Source: Haliotis rufescens (taxonomy: Eukaryota). Taken from it: DNA of 64,000 bases. The notes under the pieces are model-generated. The model was not told the origin of the DNA. It saw nothing but the letters and a program-made list of their open reading frames with translations, and made no database searches. The stretch is taken from positions 6,944,001 through 7,008,000 of the forward strand of contig NW_025963802.1 of NCBI RefSeq assembly GCF_023055435.1. Reading direction: 5' to 3'. Of this stretch, positions 1 through 11,606 are shown one piece after another. Position numbers and translations under genes: made by a program. Each line of letters begins with the position of its first letter. The first letter of the stretch is position 1.

Positions 1-739
1 AGTTCACATGGTCCAAAGCAGTGCTTCCTATACATATATATAGTTCACATTATCACAGAGGGTGCCTCCTATACCCGCATATAGTTCGCATCGTCCATGC
101 GATACCATGCTGCTGACCAAAGCCCTAGAAACTCGCACAAGCCATGCTGCCAAACACGGCCACCCTTCCATCAACTTTCCACGAGCAACGTTGCTTAACG
201 TCGCCTGATTTGTGACCTGTGCTTTGTACACGGGGTGCCGTACAATCAATAATGTGAACTATATGTACGCTAAGGACAATGGGGGTTATTATACATATGT
301 AATTATAAATAAACATATATATACATATTAGGAAACTCTGCCTGGGACGATGCGAACTATATGCGGGAATAGGGGGCACACTCTGTGATAACTATATACA
401 CGAATAGCAAGCACTGCGTTTGTAGAAAGCACTGACAGCGACAATGGGAAGTATATATATGAATAGGAAGCGCTTTCTGGAATAATGTAAACTATTTGCG
501 TGTGTAGGAAGTACTTGCAGCGAAAATGGGAAGTGATATACGTGTATGGGAAGTACTGTCTGGCATAATGTGAGCTATACACTTAGTGAAAGCACTGCTC
601 GGAACAATGAGATTGTATGGAACATGTATTGTTAGAAACAATATGTATCTAGGCCCTGGATACTTTGTCATCATACCAAACATTAACACAAATGTGAAAC
701 GTATCAATGTACCAATCAGCCTACCAAACGGTAGATGAA

Positions 740-801
740 TAACACCAAACCAACAAATTAAGAGACAATGAATCAGAAATTCAAAAGAGAACGTGTTTAT
801 T
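740..801 (-). terminator. Probable polyadenylation signal of the peroxidase gene
   Basis: AATAAA on the minus strand at 796-801, followed by a GT/T-rich downstream element (TTGTCTCTTAATTTGTTGGTTTGGTGTT), ~660 nt after the stop. Present in all copies. A second AATAAA lies at 1424-1429. Confidence 0.55.
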
Positions 802-1460
802 TCAAAACGGTTGAAAAATTAACAAATACAATTGATTGTTATATATGATATAACACAAGTATTGTTCAATATTGTTTCTAAGATGATATACGAATCTTCA
901 CACATGATCACACATATATTGATAGTTGCTTTAAGCACCACATCAACAATATATTATACAATATCATACAATGACAAAAAATAAGAAACACCTCCTTTAT
1001 AGATCTATGAAATAGTGCAAGTCATACATATAGAATATGTTTATGTCCTTGACGAATAAATTATACAATGCCATAAACATATACTGCCAATAATAATGCT
1101 ACTTGTATGCTTTGATTAAACGCTTTGATGGTGTAACTGATGGATTTACTAACTTAATTGGTTACCAATTCGTTTTGTTCTCATAAAGTGTAGGCATTAT
1201 AATCAGGTATAATGTTAACTGACATTTCCGTTAATAATTCCAGCATTATTAGTGAAATGCCATACCTAAATGTACTTGGCATTACATATTTAGTATGAAG
1301 ACAGTTGAACACAAATGTCAAAAATGTAATGTATTCTGTGATTTAGGCATCTTACAAACCAGGACTAGTAGTGTGGGCTATACATGGTGGAACACCAAAA
1401 TGCTATGTTTCAAATCTTCGGGGTTTATTTGTTGAACTTAAGGGTAGGCCAAGCAACCTC

Positions 1461-4400
1461 TCATCTCCGCCATTTGGTTAAATCGATTGTTGGAAGATCG
1501 TTGCAGGGTATCAAAGGATTGCTGTGAAATACAAAAATGTGTCACCCAGTTAAAATATTAACATTTCCGTCAGCATATTTCATATGATCTGGTTTGATAT
1601 TCGTATCCTATATAACTGAATGAGCTTGAATATGTTACATTCAAAGTGTGTCACGAGGTGTAAATGGATCCAGGATACAATTCTAATTAATGTTCACTAA
1701 ATGAAGTACGCCAGACATACCCTGTCGCATGTTAATATGAGGTCTGTCTGTGCGAGATAATTAATTACTGACGAACAAAGGAGATGAATGTCTTCATTGC
1801 CTACCTTTCTTTTGAGAACACTGTAAAAGGATCTCTTTGGATGGACTTCACTCCTGAATTCCTACAAAGAATTTTGGCAAAGCGCATTCGTCGGATCTCA
1901 GACAGTTGTCCTTAAATAGAAAACGCAATAAATATTTATATATACAATTACTTCTGACAGCAAGAGAGTATCTTTTTTCCAAACTATTGTCAGTGAAACA
2001 CTAAAACATTTTGACATCTTGAATTAGAAATGCAATAAAATTCATATTATGATATAACATTCTCATCTTAAAGGCATATTAAGTTATCTCATAAGTACAT
2101 AGTTTGACATCAACAAAATAGTTTAACAAAACATACAAGCACACAGGAACAGACTGGACGGTACCTAATGTAAAGCCCTTTCTTGGATGGGATGTTTCGA
2201 ACCAGAATGAGTCGCCATATTTCAGGTCATGGAACTGTTGACCAATCAGACAAGCGAGGAGAGGGCCCACTGCACCGCCATGCACGTGCTGTTCAGCCAC
2301 TGCACCGGTGAAGACGTCGATGTCATCAGGGGATCTGAAGCAAGAATACATAAACGTAAGGAGATCTTGAGAAATGTCAAATAAGGGTTAAAGTATCTTT
2401 ATTTAATAAATTTGTTACAATAACTCTGTACACATATAAGAGTAAATTAAATTAGACAAACCTGTATACACTTTTCAAAGCAGCTCCTGCTTTACCAAAT
2501 ATACTGTCATCAAATGAAGTCACTTCCGATAGCTGACATGCCTTGCGGAAGCTGTTGTATGATGGCAGGCCGTGGTCACGACCTCTCTGAATGTTCAAGG
2601 ACACGATGTCAAAGCCATTATTGCCCGACGTCTCAAACAAATGCTCAGTCATCCCACTGTTGATGAATCGGTTAACCTCCTGATGTCTGTCCTTGAGGAT
2701 AGCCTTCAGCACGGTGTCCAAATCTTTGATGACCTCAGAAGGTCTGAAAAAGAGCTGTTCTATGGGTACATGTCGATCTCCGAGGGTCAGGAAACGTGGA
2801 ATGGTGGAGTGGCCGTATCTGAAGGCGGCGGTGGCGAAAACGTTGTAGATGGTGGGGTTTTGGGTGAAGTTGTACCTGAAGCTGAAGCCAGGGGTCAGTC
2901 TGTACTTCCTCATGGCCAAGGGCCCAACAATAATGGGCAGCCATTCGCGGTAGGTGACTTGTTGGATGATGGCTGACACGATCTTTCTGGCCTCCTCAAA
3001 CAAGACATCATCAGGAGTGGTCGATGGCATGACATCAGCAAGTTCTTTGACAAGACGATTGTGTTCGCGGACAAACATGGTGTGTAGCACGGCCAGACCA
3101 GGGAACACGTTCACACGGTCGTCACCTGATGATGGAGTTAGTTATAAAGAAGGTGTGAAAGTGTTGTGAATTATCATTCGAAATGTACCAAATAGTCATG
3201 TGTGAAGTACAATATAAAAAGATTCTGAAAATAGTACTACGGATACATTAATAATTAAGTTGTATTTACCAGCTTCAAAACACCATTCGTTGGTATTGCT
3301 TGTTCGACAGTTGCCTTGGTTGGATTCTGGCAACAGGTTATCGCCCTTGGTTTTCATGTAGGCTGAAAAGTTGAATGACGACATTTATTTGTATATACCA
3401 ATTTCTCTCCACGGTATTTGCCACATTTTAAAATATTTGTTTGATCATGAATTATAATTTAAAACAAAATATTGCCTGACTTACGTCCATTCCTGAGGTG
3501 ATTGATCTGATCCTGACTGAGTCCGTACACGTTAGAGGCGTCCACAAAGGACGTCAGTAGGTTCAACTGTTCTCGAGTATCTGGAAGTCACATGGTTTTA
3601 AATTAAATATGGATGTTATCATACAGTGTTGTTTATGGCTTTCGTTACTTAATAAGATGAGCATAAAAATAATGACAGAACAATCCTTCATTGAAATGAG
3701 GTAACCTACACAGCCTTGTATTCATATACTCACTCCTTCCAGGTGCTGGGGCTGATCTTTTGAACTCCATGCAGTTCTTTTGGAAATGTCCTTCATTTAC
3801 TGGCATGGTGATTGGGAAACAAGGACCACTGGAACAGTGAAATACAACCATTGTTATGATAATGTTTATGATATGTTATGATACACAAACACATGCTTAT
3901 GATGTAGTCGGAATCGTACAGTAGACTTTTATAATCATGGAAAAGGTTGTATCCCTTTCATCCTAATTCTAAACATGTATACAATGTCACGTAATTTTAA
4001 AGTTTATTATTTCTGATTCATTTATTTCAAATATCTCGACCAGTTATTTCCATTAACACAAACAGAATGATTAAGTGTGGAAAATATAGAATGTTAATTG
4101 CTTACCCAGCTCGTACATCAGAATGCATCTCTCCAGGTGTGTGACCATCGCAACATTTTGATTGAACATCACCTGAGGAATATGAGGATTTGTTAAGTTA
4201 ATACAAAGATTTAGATGCATATCGTAACTATTGAAATAGGTTCGAAAAATATGGATCACAAAAACAAATATATCACAGTTTGTCTGATTTCATCATCACA
4301 CGTCTGGTCACTTTGATGGTCAGAGGGTATTGGCCATTTGGCACCTACCTGCATGGAGAGGAGTTCCGGTGAGATCGTGGTCAACAAACTGACCCCACTG

Positions 4401-6550
4401 CATCACCATCACCGTGTGGTCATCAGAAGGACTGTCAACTCCCGGATGGACGGCCACACTGATGGCGCGTGGACTGGGAAGGGGATAACCATCAACGCCT
4501 CTCATTCGGGGAACGAACTTGCCTGAAAAGTCAAACCTTTGCTTTTAAAGTTCACTAAAGTATGGTTAGTTGTAATATTGATGGGGCATAACTAAATGTC
4601 CCCATTGGAATACTTACAAGACTTGCTTCCAAACGGTCTGATTTATTTATGAAAATCGCCCTGGTCATAAGCATGAAATAATGATTTTTAAGTTCTAATA
4701 TCAATGTGAAGAAAGTCAGTTCTTTACCATCATCATATGCAGGATCAATAAATCTCTTGAATGGTTGGTTGGTTGATCCCCAGGTTGGCCAGCGAGCATT
4801 GTTGCAACTTCCGTCCATTGTCCGGTAGCGGGCGTCTTGTCTGCAGTCGATAGAGCGCCGTCTGTAAAAGTGAATGGTGTTATCAAGTCTAATGATAATT
4901 GGTGTAGGTATCAACTATATTAAACTCTCAACCACAAACGAAGTGTCCATAGATGAGAGTTAGTACGAAACTGACCTGATGGTGTGTTTGTCTTGATACT
5001 TGGATGTGCTGATGTCTTCTATGGAAATCTGAGACGTCTCGGCGGCGTCAGCCAGTGTACAAACAACATACTTGTCTTCGTCATCACCTACGTCAAAGTA
5101 AAGGCATTAATACACTGCTTACTATCATGGGACAATTTCAGAGTACTTTAACTTCGAAAGTCTGATCAAAGGTCGCACCATCTGAACTGGATGATGTTCT
5201 ATAGTGGATAATGATGTTTGAGAACGCGTATCAGCAAAATATTTGTTTTAAATAATCGGAATTTGTCATCTGTATGTCCCATATGCAATAAATCCTCTGA
5301 AACATATGTATGATCAGATTTGTCAGTTAACCCAATAGACAAATCATGGATAGTGATGCCGTTAATGTTGAATAATTAGACTTCTTACCATGCAGGAGTC
5401 TGAACAAGATGTCAATTCTGTTTTCTCTGTCCAGCGTTTGTCCATCAACTGTTCCTTGGTGGTCACCCCAAGTCGTTGGTGAAGTTTTTGTCGCACCCTC
5501 TAATAGGTAAATAAGTTCAGAGTATAGAGAAATAGGGTTGTTACAGATTATGAATGCAATCACAAAAACTTTCATACTTTGCCACCCCATATTTTGTTCT
5601 ATTTAGTGGCGTTAAACGGGGTCTTTGAATATGTCCGGAAATATCAACACAAGTCATTTCACGTGCATCTTTCAGGGTATACCCAAACACATATTTATTC
5701 ATCTTATCTCTCAATCTTAGAATTCAAGAGAACATCATTATCTCCAACAATCCCTTCTTCAAATGTGTACCCCGAAGTGTAACAATGTAACCGGTGTGAA
5801 CTTACTGTTCGTTGATGACTCATCAGTGACATCGTCAAGGAATTTCGTGTTCATCTGATGATCCATTCCAACCAGATCTGATTGTATTGCCTTGACTGAA
5901 GGTAAGGTAGTTTTTAGTCAAACAACTGGTATCACAAAATATAATATCCGTACATTAAAACATTCAAACTATATTTAGTGACATTGATTTCATCAAAGGT
6001 CCGTCTCTACATTGAAGGACTAAGCATAATAGTAAGTAGAAATTTGGCATCTTTAACACAGATATCTCATTATTTCAGCATATTACATGATGCCAGTTGC
6101 GTGAGTAACGCCCAAGCAGATGAAACTAAAATAGTATTATTCAATCCTTCACTATAGCTTGTCAAGATTTGGTTCATAATTTTTAAAACACTATACTCAC
6201 GTTGCTCAATGACGGAATCTATGTGGTTAACCTATAAGGGAATGAGTAAACATAGGTTAAATAATCGGTCTAGGGTAAAACAGATGTGATAATCTCAAAC
6301 ACCGTATGCCACCCGTTACTTTGAACATGATGAGAGAAAGAAGTTTCAGAACAATAAACCCAGAGTAAGTAATTACATGACATTTCTTATATATACTGAT
6401 TTTCTACAGACATTCATGACTAGCCAGATAAATACCAATACTGATAATGAGAAGAAAAGATAAAAGAAGAAACAAAACACAACCTACCTCTGTGTCCGCC
6501 TCTCCAGCAGTGACCACGGTCAACATACAAACAAACAACACAACTTTCAT
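1461..6550 (-). CDS. Secreted animal heme peroxidase (peroxidase-cyclooxygenase superfamily, An_peroxidase domain; chorion peroxidase/peroxinectin-like), copy 1, 15 exons, 688 aa
   Basis: Hand-spliced coding exons, all GT-AG with consistent phases: 6488-6550, 6201-6231, 5806-5895, 5389-5499, 4976-5087, 4728-4861, 4349-4522, 4106-4172, 3734-3828, 3485-3580, 3270-3362, 2462-3125, 2165-2334, 1805-1910, 1461-1521 (2067 nt). Motifs: signal peptide MKVVLFVCMLTVVTAGEA; RYRTMDGSCNN; distal QWGQFVDHD; Ca-binding LTSFVDASNVYG; distal Arg in AGDDRVN; FVREHNRL; proximal FRYGHS; LNIQRGRDHG; C-terminal IDLTKWRR*. Confidence 0.95.
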
Positions 6551-6582
6551 CGTTTCTGCTTCTGTCCAGTACAAAGTGGGAA

Positions 6583-6618
6583 TGTCTGATACACCAAAGA
6601 TGGGACCTTGTATTTATA
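6583..6618 (-). promoter_or_regulatory. Core promoter of the peroxidase gene: TATA box plus initiator
   Basis: TATAAATA on the minus strand at 6611-6618. An Inr-like ATCAGAC lies ~31 nt downstream (A at 6587), 37 nt before the ATG. The TATA is identical in the other copies (20872-20879, 35125-35132, 49080-49087, 62481-62488). Confidence 0.75.
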
Positions 6619-6985
6619 CTCATATTCCTGGATTAAATCAACACAGATTACCCTAGAATTCACACTCCCCTGCTGGGTATTATCCGACATATCTACATGG
6701 GGGAGCTAAACATCTTGGATTATGCGGAGGCAGGCTGATTATCCCGGAGCAGCGTCATCGCCGCCATTGTTCTTGGTGTGGTGTATAAACATCAATAACG
6801 AGGCAGTTGGTAACTGTTTCTCACCAGGGGGTATTATCAGAGGGCATTGTTGAGATTATATATAATAGTAACATATTAATAATAACTGAAACGGGAGAAA
6901 ATGTAAGTTTCTTGTTTTTTGACTGAAAATACAAATAAAATAATTCATGTCTCCCAAAATCTCTATGAACTTCTCCATAAGATAT

Positions 6986-6995
6986 GTCACATGAC
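6986..6995. promoter_or_regulatory. Extended E-box GTCAC(A/G)TGAC (MITF/TFE/USF-type)
   Basis: GTCACATGAC in copies 1 and 5 (6986, 62856). Perfect palindrome GTCACGTGAC in copies 2-4 (21247, 35500, 49455). About 370 bp upstream of the TATA box. Motif match only. Confidence 0.4.
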
Positions 6996-7163
6996 CCTTC
7001 CCTTGAGATATGTAGTTCTGTTAGCTTGAACATCACAAAAACCTTATCAGTGTATTCGCTTTAAGGTTACTCACGTTTTTGTATTCGGTTTTGCTATTGT
7101 AATCGCTAAACAAATGTACTTTGAGAACATATATTCAGTACACCATCTCTTCCGAATTCATTT

Positions 7164-7319
7164 NNNNNNNNNNNNNNNNNNNNNNNNNNNNNNNNNNNNN
7201 NNNNNNNNNNNNNNNNNNNNNNNNNNNNNNNNNNNNNNNNNNNNNNNNNNNNNNNNNNNNNNNNNNNNNNNNNNNNNNNNNNNNNNNNNNNNNNNNNNNN
7301 NNNNNNNNNNNNNNNNNNN
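7164..7319. other. N tract (masked or unresolved sequence) at the same position in every unit
   Basis: N runs at 7164-7319 (156), 21428-21602 (175), 35677-35828 (152), 49632-49762 (131) and 63037-63178 (142), always following CCGAATTCATT. Confidence 0.95.
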
Positions 7320-7592
7320 TTATAATTGAGATATGTATGTACCACATAAAATGTACGACTGGACTTCGTGTTTATGAATAAGTGGAAAATTTGCGATTAC
7401 ATGTAATTGTCAGTTCCTATTAGCAATATCAATGATTGACAATTAGTTTAAAATGTTGATCCTATATGTATTATTTCATTACATTGAGGGACTAGAAAAT
7501 CCTCCAGACACAAAACGTAGTGACCATTTCAATGCATTTGTCTCCCAGTACTTGTCTGCAAAGCTTGTCAAGAACAACTCGTGATGAGAAGC

Positions 7593-7760
7593 GGATTACC
7601 AACTGTCTCATTGTAATGATACCACTCTTAGAACAATTACAATTGATGAGGACACGCCCAGATCAACACCATTCATTTATATAATCCCGGATTTGTGGTA
7701 AAAACAAGACTGTAACTTATCACGGATTATCATCAGCGACAGCGGATTACGGGATAATCT
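7593..7760. promoter_or_regulatory. Cluster of GGATTA/TAATCC (K50 homeodomain) motifs, candidate enhancer
   Basis: GGATTA at 7593, 7724 and 7744; TAATCC at 7682; TAATCT at 7755. Two more GGATTA lie near the promoter (6630, 6717). Motif match only. Confidence 0.4.
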
Positions 7761-7989
7761 GATTTTGTGTATTCGGCAAACATGGTTGTCCAAATATGTA
7801 AGAACCATGCCCGATCTATCCGCTCTCATGTGCCAAATATTAATACAATCATTGCTGTTTAGAGCAACCTACATGTGCATCTGTATTCCTCTATAGCACG
7901 TTCAGTGTTCTAAATGTATCTTTTAAAAGTATATATATTCATATACATACAATAATACGATACAATAATACGAATGCTTCAATATCCTG

Positions 7990-9110
7990 CATACACAGTT
8001 GTTGATATTAAATATTTGTTTTCCCATTTCTCATTGTAAAACCTTAAGTTAAGAAAATAGACAAATGTTATCTCTGAAGAGTGAGTGAGGTAGTATCTTT
8101 TTTCGCCGCTTTTGACAATTTTCCAGCAATATCAAGGCGTGGGACACCAGAAATGAGCTTCACACATTGTATCCATGTAGGGAATGGAGCCCGTGTCTTC
8201 GATGTGACGAGCGAACACTTTAACCACTAGGCTACCCCACCGCTCCTCTCTCTCTGAAGAATTCATAAGATGGATAATGTTTCAGTTCCTGGATTATCTG
8301 TATAATATTGTTGTATATATTGCTTTCTGAACTGGGAGTAGCGTTCACATATCATCATCACACGGTATTCATCTTCTACACTCCTCTTATTTTTCTTCAA
8401 ACAGAACTCGCAATATCTTTCATCATGAGGAATATTATTGTGTCTTCCAATCTGAACATGTACACATAATCCAAAAATATTTCATCTAAATTTTGCTAAA
8501 TGCCAATTAATATATTGAGGTATGTTTATTGTTAGATATGATTCAGTATTGTGAAGTGACGTATATTGTTTATAGTACTTGCACTTTGATGAACTTTCCA
8601 AGGATGAGTGCCAATTTGTTGAAGATCCTTGTTTAAATTAGTTTTAAAGATTTCAGCATCTCCCATGTTCTGCTGAATCCAGACTATACCAAATCCTAGA
8701 TGAAATATAATATTCATAATTGAAGTAACCCATGTGTGTCTTCCAGCATTATCAATAGATATAAGTATAATGTAAATCTGATATGGTAGTCTATTATTGT
8801 AGAGGTGAATTAATATAGTCCAGTATTTTATATCTATTGTCATGTAAATACATTCTCTGCCAGTCTGCCACACTCTCCAAAAAACATGTTATTAAGAGTA
8901 ATATTATTAAATCTAGGAAATCGTTTGCCGAATACAGTCTATGTACTTTCCATTTACTTGTTATATGAAGTTCCCCAGATTTCAGCACCATAACACAATA
9001 TTGGAACTATCATGCCGTCAAACGTTTTCAAGTTGTCTTTATGTGATAAATATCCGAATTTCTTTTGATAATTAAAGATGTTGATGAGTGATTTCTTGGC
9101 TTGAGCAGAA
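7990..9110 (-). mobile_element. 5'-truncated, decayed non-LTR retrotransposon (3' part of ORF2), LINE fragment B
   Basis: Frameshifted post-RT peptides (FDGMIVPILCYGAEIWG, clearest in copy 3; LGFGIVWIQQ; EDEYRVMMICERYSQFRKQYI). Boundaries are approximate. Repeated at ~22270-23390 and ~36500-37610, and partly at ~50770-51378. Confidence 0.7.
8081..8250 (-). mobile_element. tRNA-derived SINE (family A) with 10-bp TSD
   Basis: Minus-strand head GGTGGGGTAGCCTAGTGGTTAAAG (A box), degenerate B box GGGCTCCATTCC and a (CACT)n tail. Flanked by TCTCTGAAGA at 8071-8080 and 8251-8260. Confidence 0.85.
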
Positions 9111-9175
9111 AGTAAGTTTATTTTCTGCTTCGAAGGCCATCAGCCCATGTACACAGTTGATACAACAATATCCAT

Positions 9176-9222
9176 AGACAGACAGAGAGACAGACAGAGA
9201 GACAGACAGACAGACAGACAGA
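9176..9222. repeat. (GACA)n/(GA) compound microsatellite
   Basis: Direct reading. Length and purity differ in copy 2 (~23453-23503) and copy 3 (~37676-37731). Deleted in copy 4. Confidence 0.95.
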
Positions 9223-11606
9223 TGTTTGATGAATTTCTCAACAATACATATGCATCGCAATCAAATATGAAATGGAGTTCATCTTCAATGCTTTTAGTAT
9301 TACACATCCTACAAATTCGGTTAACAGCTATAGCTTCTTTACATCTGATATTACAGCGCAACGGCAGTTCATGCAATCTCAACAAGCAGATATATCTTCT
9401 TAATTCCCTAACATTTATGTTTGTAACATAATATTCAACAGTCAGCAATGACTTAATATTCGTATAATGTGCAAGTCGTTTTGAATCATTGATAATACTA
9501 AAAATGTTTTGTTTTCCACAATCTTCTAATCTCTGTCTGAACATCGACAGAAATTATGAAATATCTCAAATATCTTGACTAACCCATCCATATCCGAAAC
9601 CATACGTGTATAACAACAATCTAACAGCCCCACACCTCCGCCCCTTATAACAAAAAAAGGTTTTATCTTACAATCAAACAACTTAAATAACATATTTCCA
9701 GGAATATTTGGGTATTTATGCTGTAATTGAGCTTTAGTGGCTTTTGAAACAAGAGTATTTGTACATATTGTCAACCTAGTAGAAAACATAATACCTAAAA
9801 AAATATAATAGGTTGATGTCTTTAGTAGCTCTCCATCAAAATACCACTTCTCATAATGTCGTAAATAACCACCATTTAGAAAAAAAAACTAATATTTCTG
9901 TCTTATCCATATTTATCTGTAAGCCCCATGATTTACTATATTTACATAAAATATCAATCTTTCTTTGCAAACCAATAACACTGTAATCAAAAATACAGAA
10001 ATCATCAGCATACAATAATAACAGGAGTTCCAAATAATCTACACCTATGTATATACCTCTTACATCTGCATTTTCCATCATGGATTGAAATTCTGAAATC
10101 AACATTGCAAATAAAAACGGGCTGATAACACAAACTTATCTGACTCCACTTAAACTATCAAAATAATCAGTAATAGAAGTGTTGGATACTCTTGCAATTG
10201 AGTTTATATTCGAATACATATTTCTCAGTACAGAGAATAATTTACGATGAATACCTTTATTAATTATTGAATACCACAGTAATTTCCTATTAAAAGAATC
10301 AAATGCTTTCTTGAAGTTTACATAAATAAAGTAAAAACGTCCCCAAATTTTAGATAAATATTTTGTACACGACATTGCAAAGTGAAACTATTATCCGTTG
10401 TGCAATAGCCTTTCCTAACTCCTGCCTGGGCCACAGGTATACTGTTAAAGTGATCGGAAAAACGTTTAAGACGCCCATTTAGAATAGAGCAGAATAACTT
10501 CCCAAAAATATCCATCAAAGATATGCCTCTATAATTATTAACACAGTCAAAGCTTCCTTTTTTATGGAGTGGTACAATAACACTCTCAGACCATTCTGAT
10601 GGAAAATTACCCGTTGACAAAATATTATTATACATAACTAACAAATATGGAATTAAAACAGTTCTGCAGCATTGGATCATGTCAGCCGTAATACTATCTG
10701 GTCCTGCAGCTTTACCCTGCTTCAGATCTCTTATGAATGATTCGATCTCTTCCTGTGTAATATCATCATTAAGAATATTATTTACATCATCATCAGTACA
10801 GAAATCACACAATTGTTCATTATGGTTATTTATAACCTAATCTATCTGCTCAATGATATCCGAGTCTACAAGTATATCAGTATGGTTTAAAATATTCAGT
10901 CTTAATATAATCAAACCAATCTTCTTGGCAAATCTGGGTGGAAAGAGGACCACAACTTGTCTTCTTTGTCAATGCGATTATGTTGAATATTTAGAAAGAA
11001 TCTCCTTATCACCAATAACTCTAAACTTGCATTTTTTATCCAGATGCAAGTTTTGATTATCTAGCCCTAGAAAGTAATCCGCATGAAATAGAACCACTAT
11101 GTACAGCATTGGTCAAAGCTTCAACAGCTAAATCAACATTCAAAGACAATAAATGCATAAACTCATCCATGTGAAGTGCAGACAATGACTCAAAAACATT
11201 ATGTTTGAAGGCATCACATATTTCATTTCTCCATGTATATCTGGGAATATTATTCACATGCATTTCATTAACATTATTGACCTGTCTATCACATCCATGG
11301 AGGGTAAGTAGGAAAGGAAAGTGACCTGATTCATAGCTTGTCAAAAAAAATAGTTGGGCATAGTACATAATCAACCAAACTAGCGCCACCTTCCTTAAAA
11401 CAAGTAAATGATCCCCAGCAAATCGTCCATTTACAATATGGACAGAAAACGTACAACAAAAGTCTACCAGATCCCTCCTGTAATCATTACACACATCATC
11501 TCTGGTACTGCGGGGCACGTCAAATGCATCCGATACATACTCCATGTCTTATAAATATGTAATAAATCTGTTGTTGTCGTCGATAATAAAATCTTTCAAA
11601 TTACCA

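Noticed and set aside
249-610. CRISPR-like reading of the ~41-bp periodic array
   Set aside because: Monomers are degenerate along their whole length with no constant repeat/unique spacer pattern, there are no cas genes, and the context is an intron-containing eukaryotic locus.
28-707. Several 70-85 aa ORFs in the 41-bp repeat region
   Set aside because: They overlap in multiple frames, reflect the repeat periodicity, and vary between copies; no recognisable domain.
2572-3169. Plus-strand ORFs of 134 and 71 aa (and their copies) overlapping the large exon
   Set aside because: Antisense shadows of the GC-richer peroxidase exon 12; no independent motifs.
1461-6550. Calling the gene peroxidasin, DUOX, TPO, MPO or pxt
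   Set aside because: No LRR/Ig/VWC, EF-hand/oxidase or CCP/EGF/TM regions, and no Glu242/Met243. Orthology needs a phylogeny, so no symbol is given.
6420-6656. 67-69 aa ORFs over the promoter and exon 1
   Set aside because: Wrong frame or antisense relative to the signal-peptide exon 6488-6550, which has TATA/Inr and a GT donor.
7106-7381. ORFs spanning the N tracts
   Set aside because: Artefacts of translating through Ns.
8170-8250. tRNA gene
   Set aside because: tRNA-like head with a degenerate B box that continues into a SINE body, simple-repeat tail and TSD.
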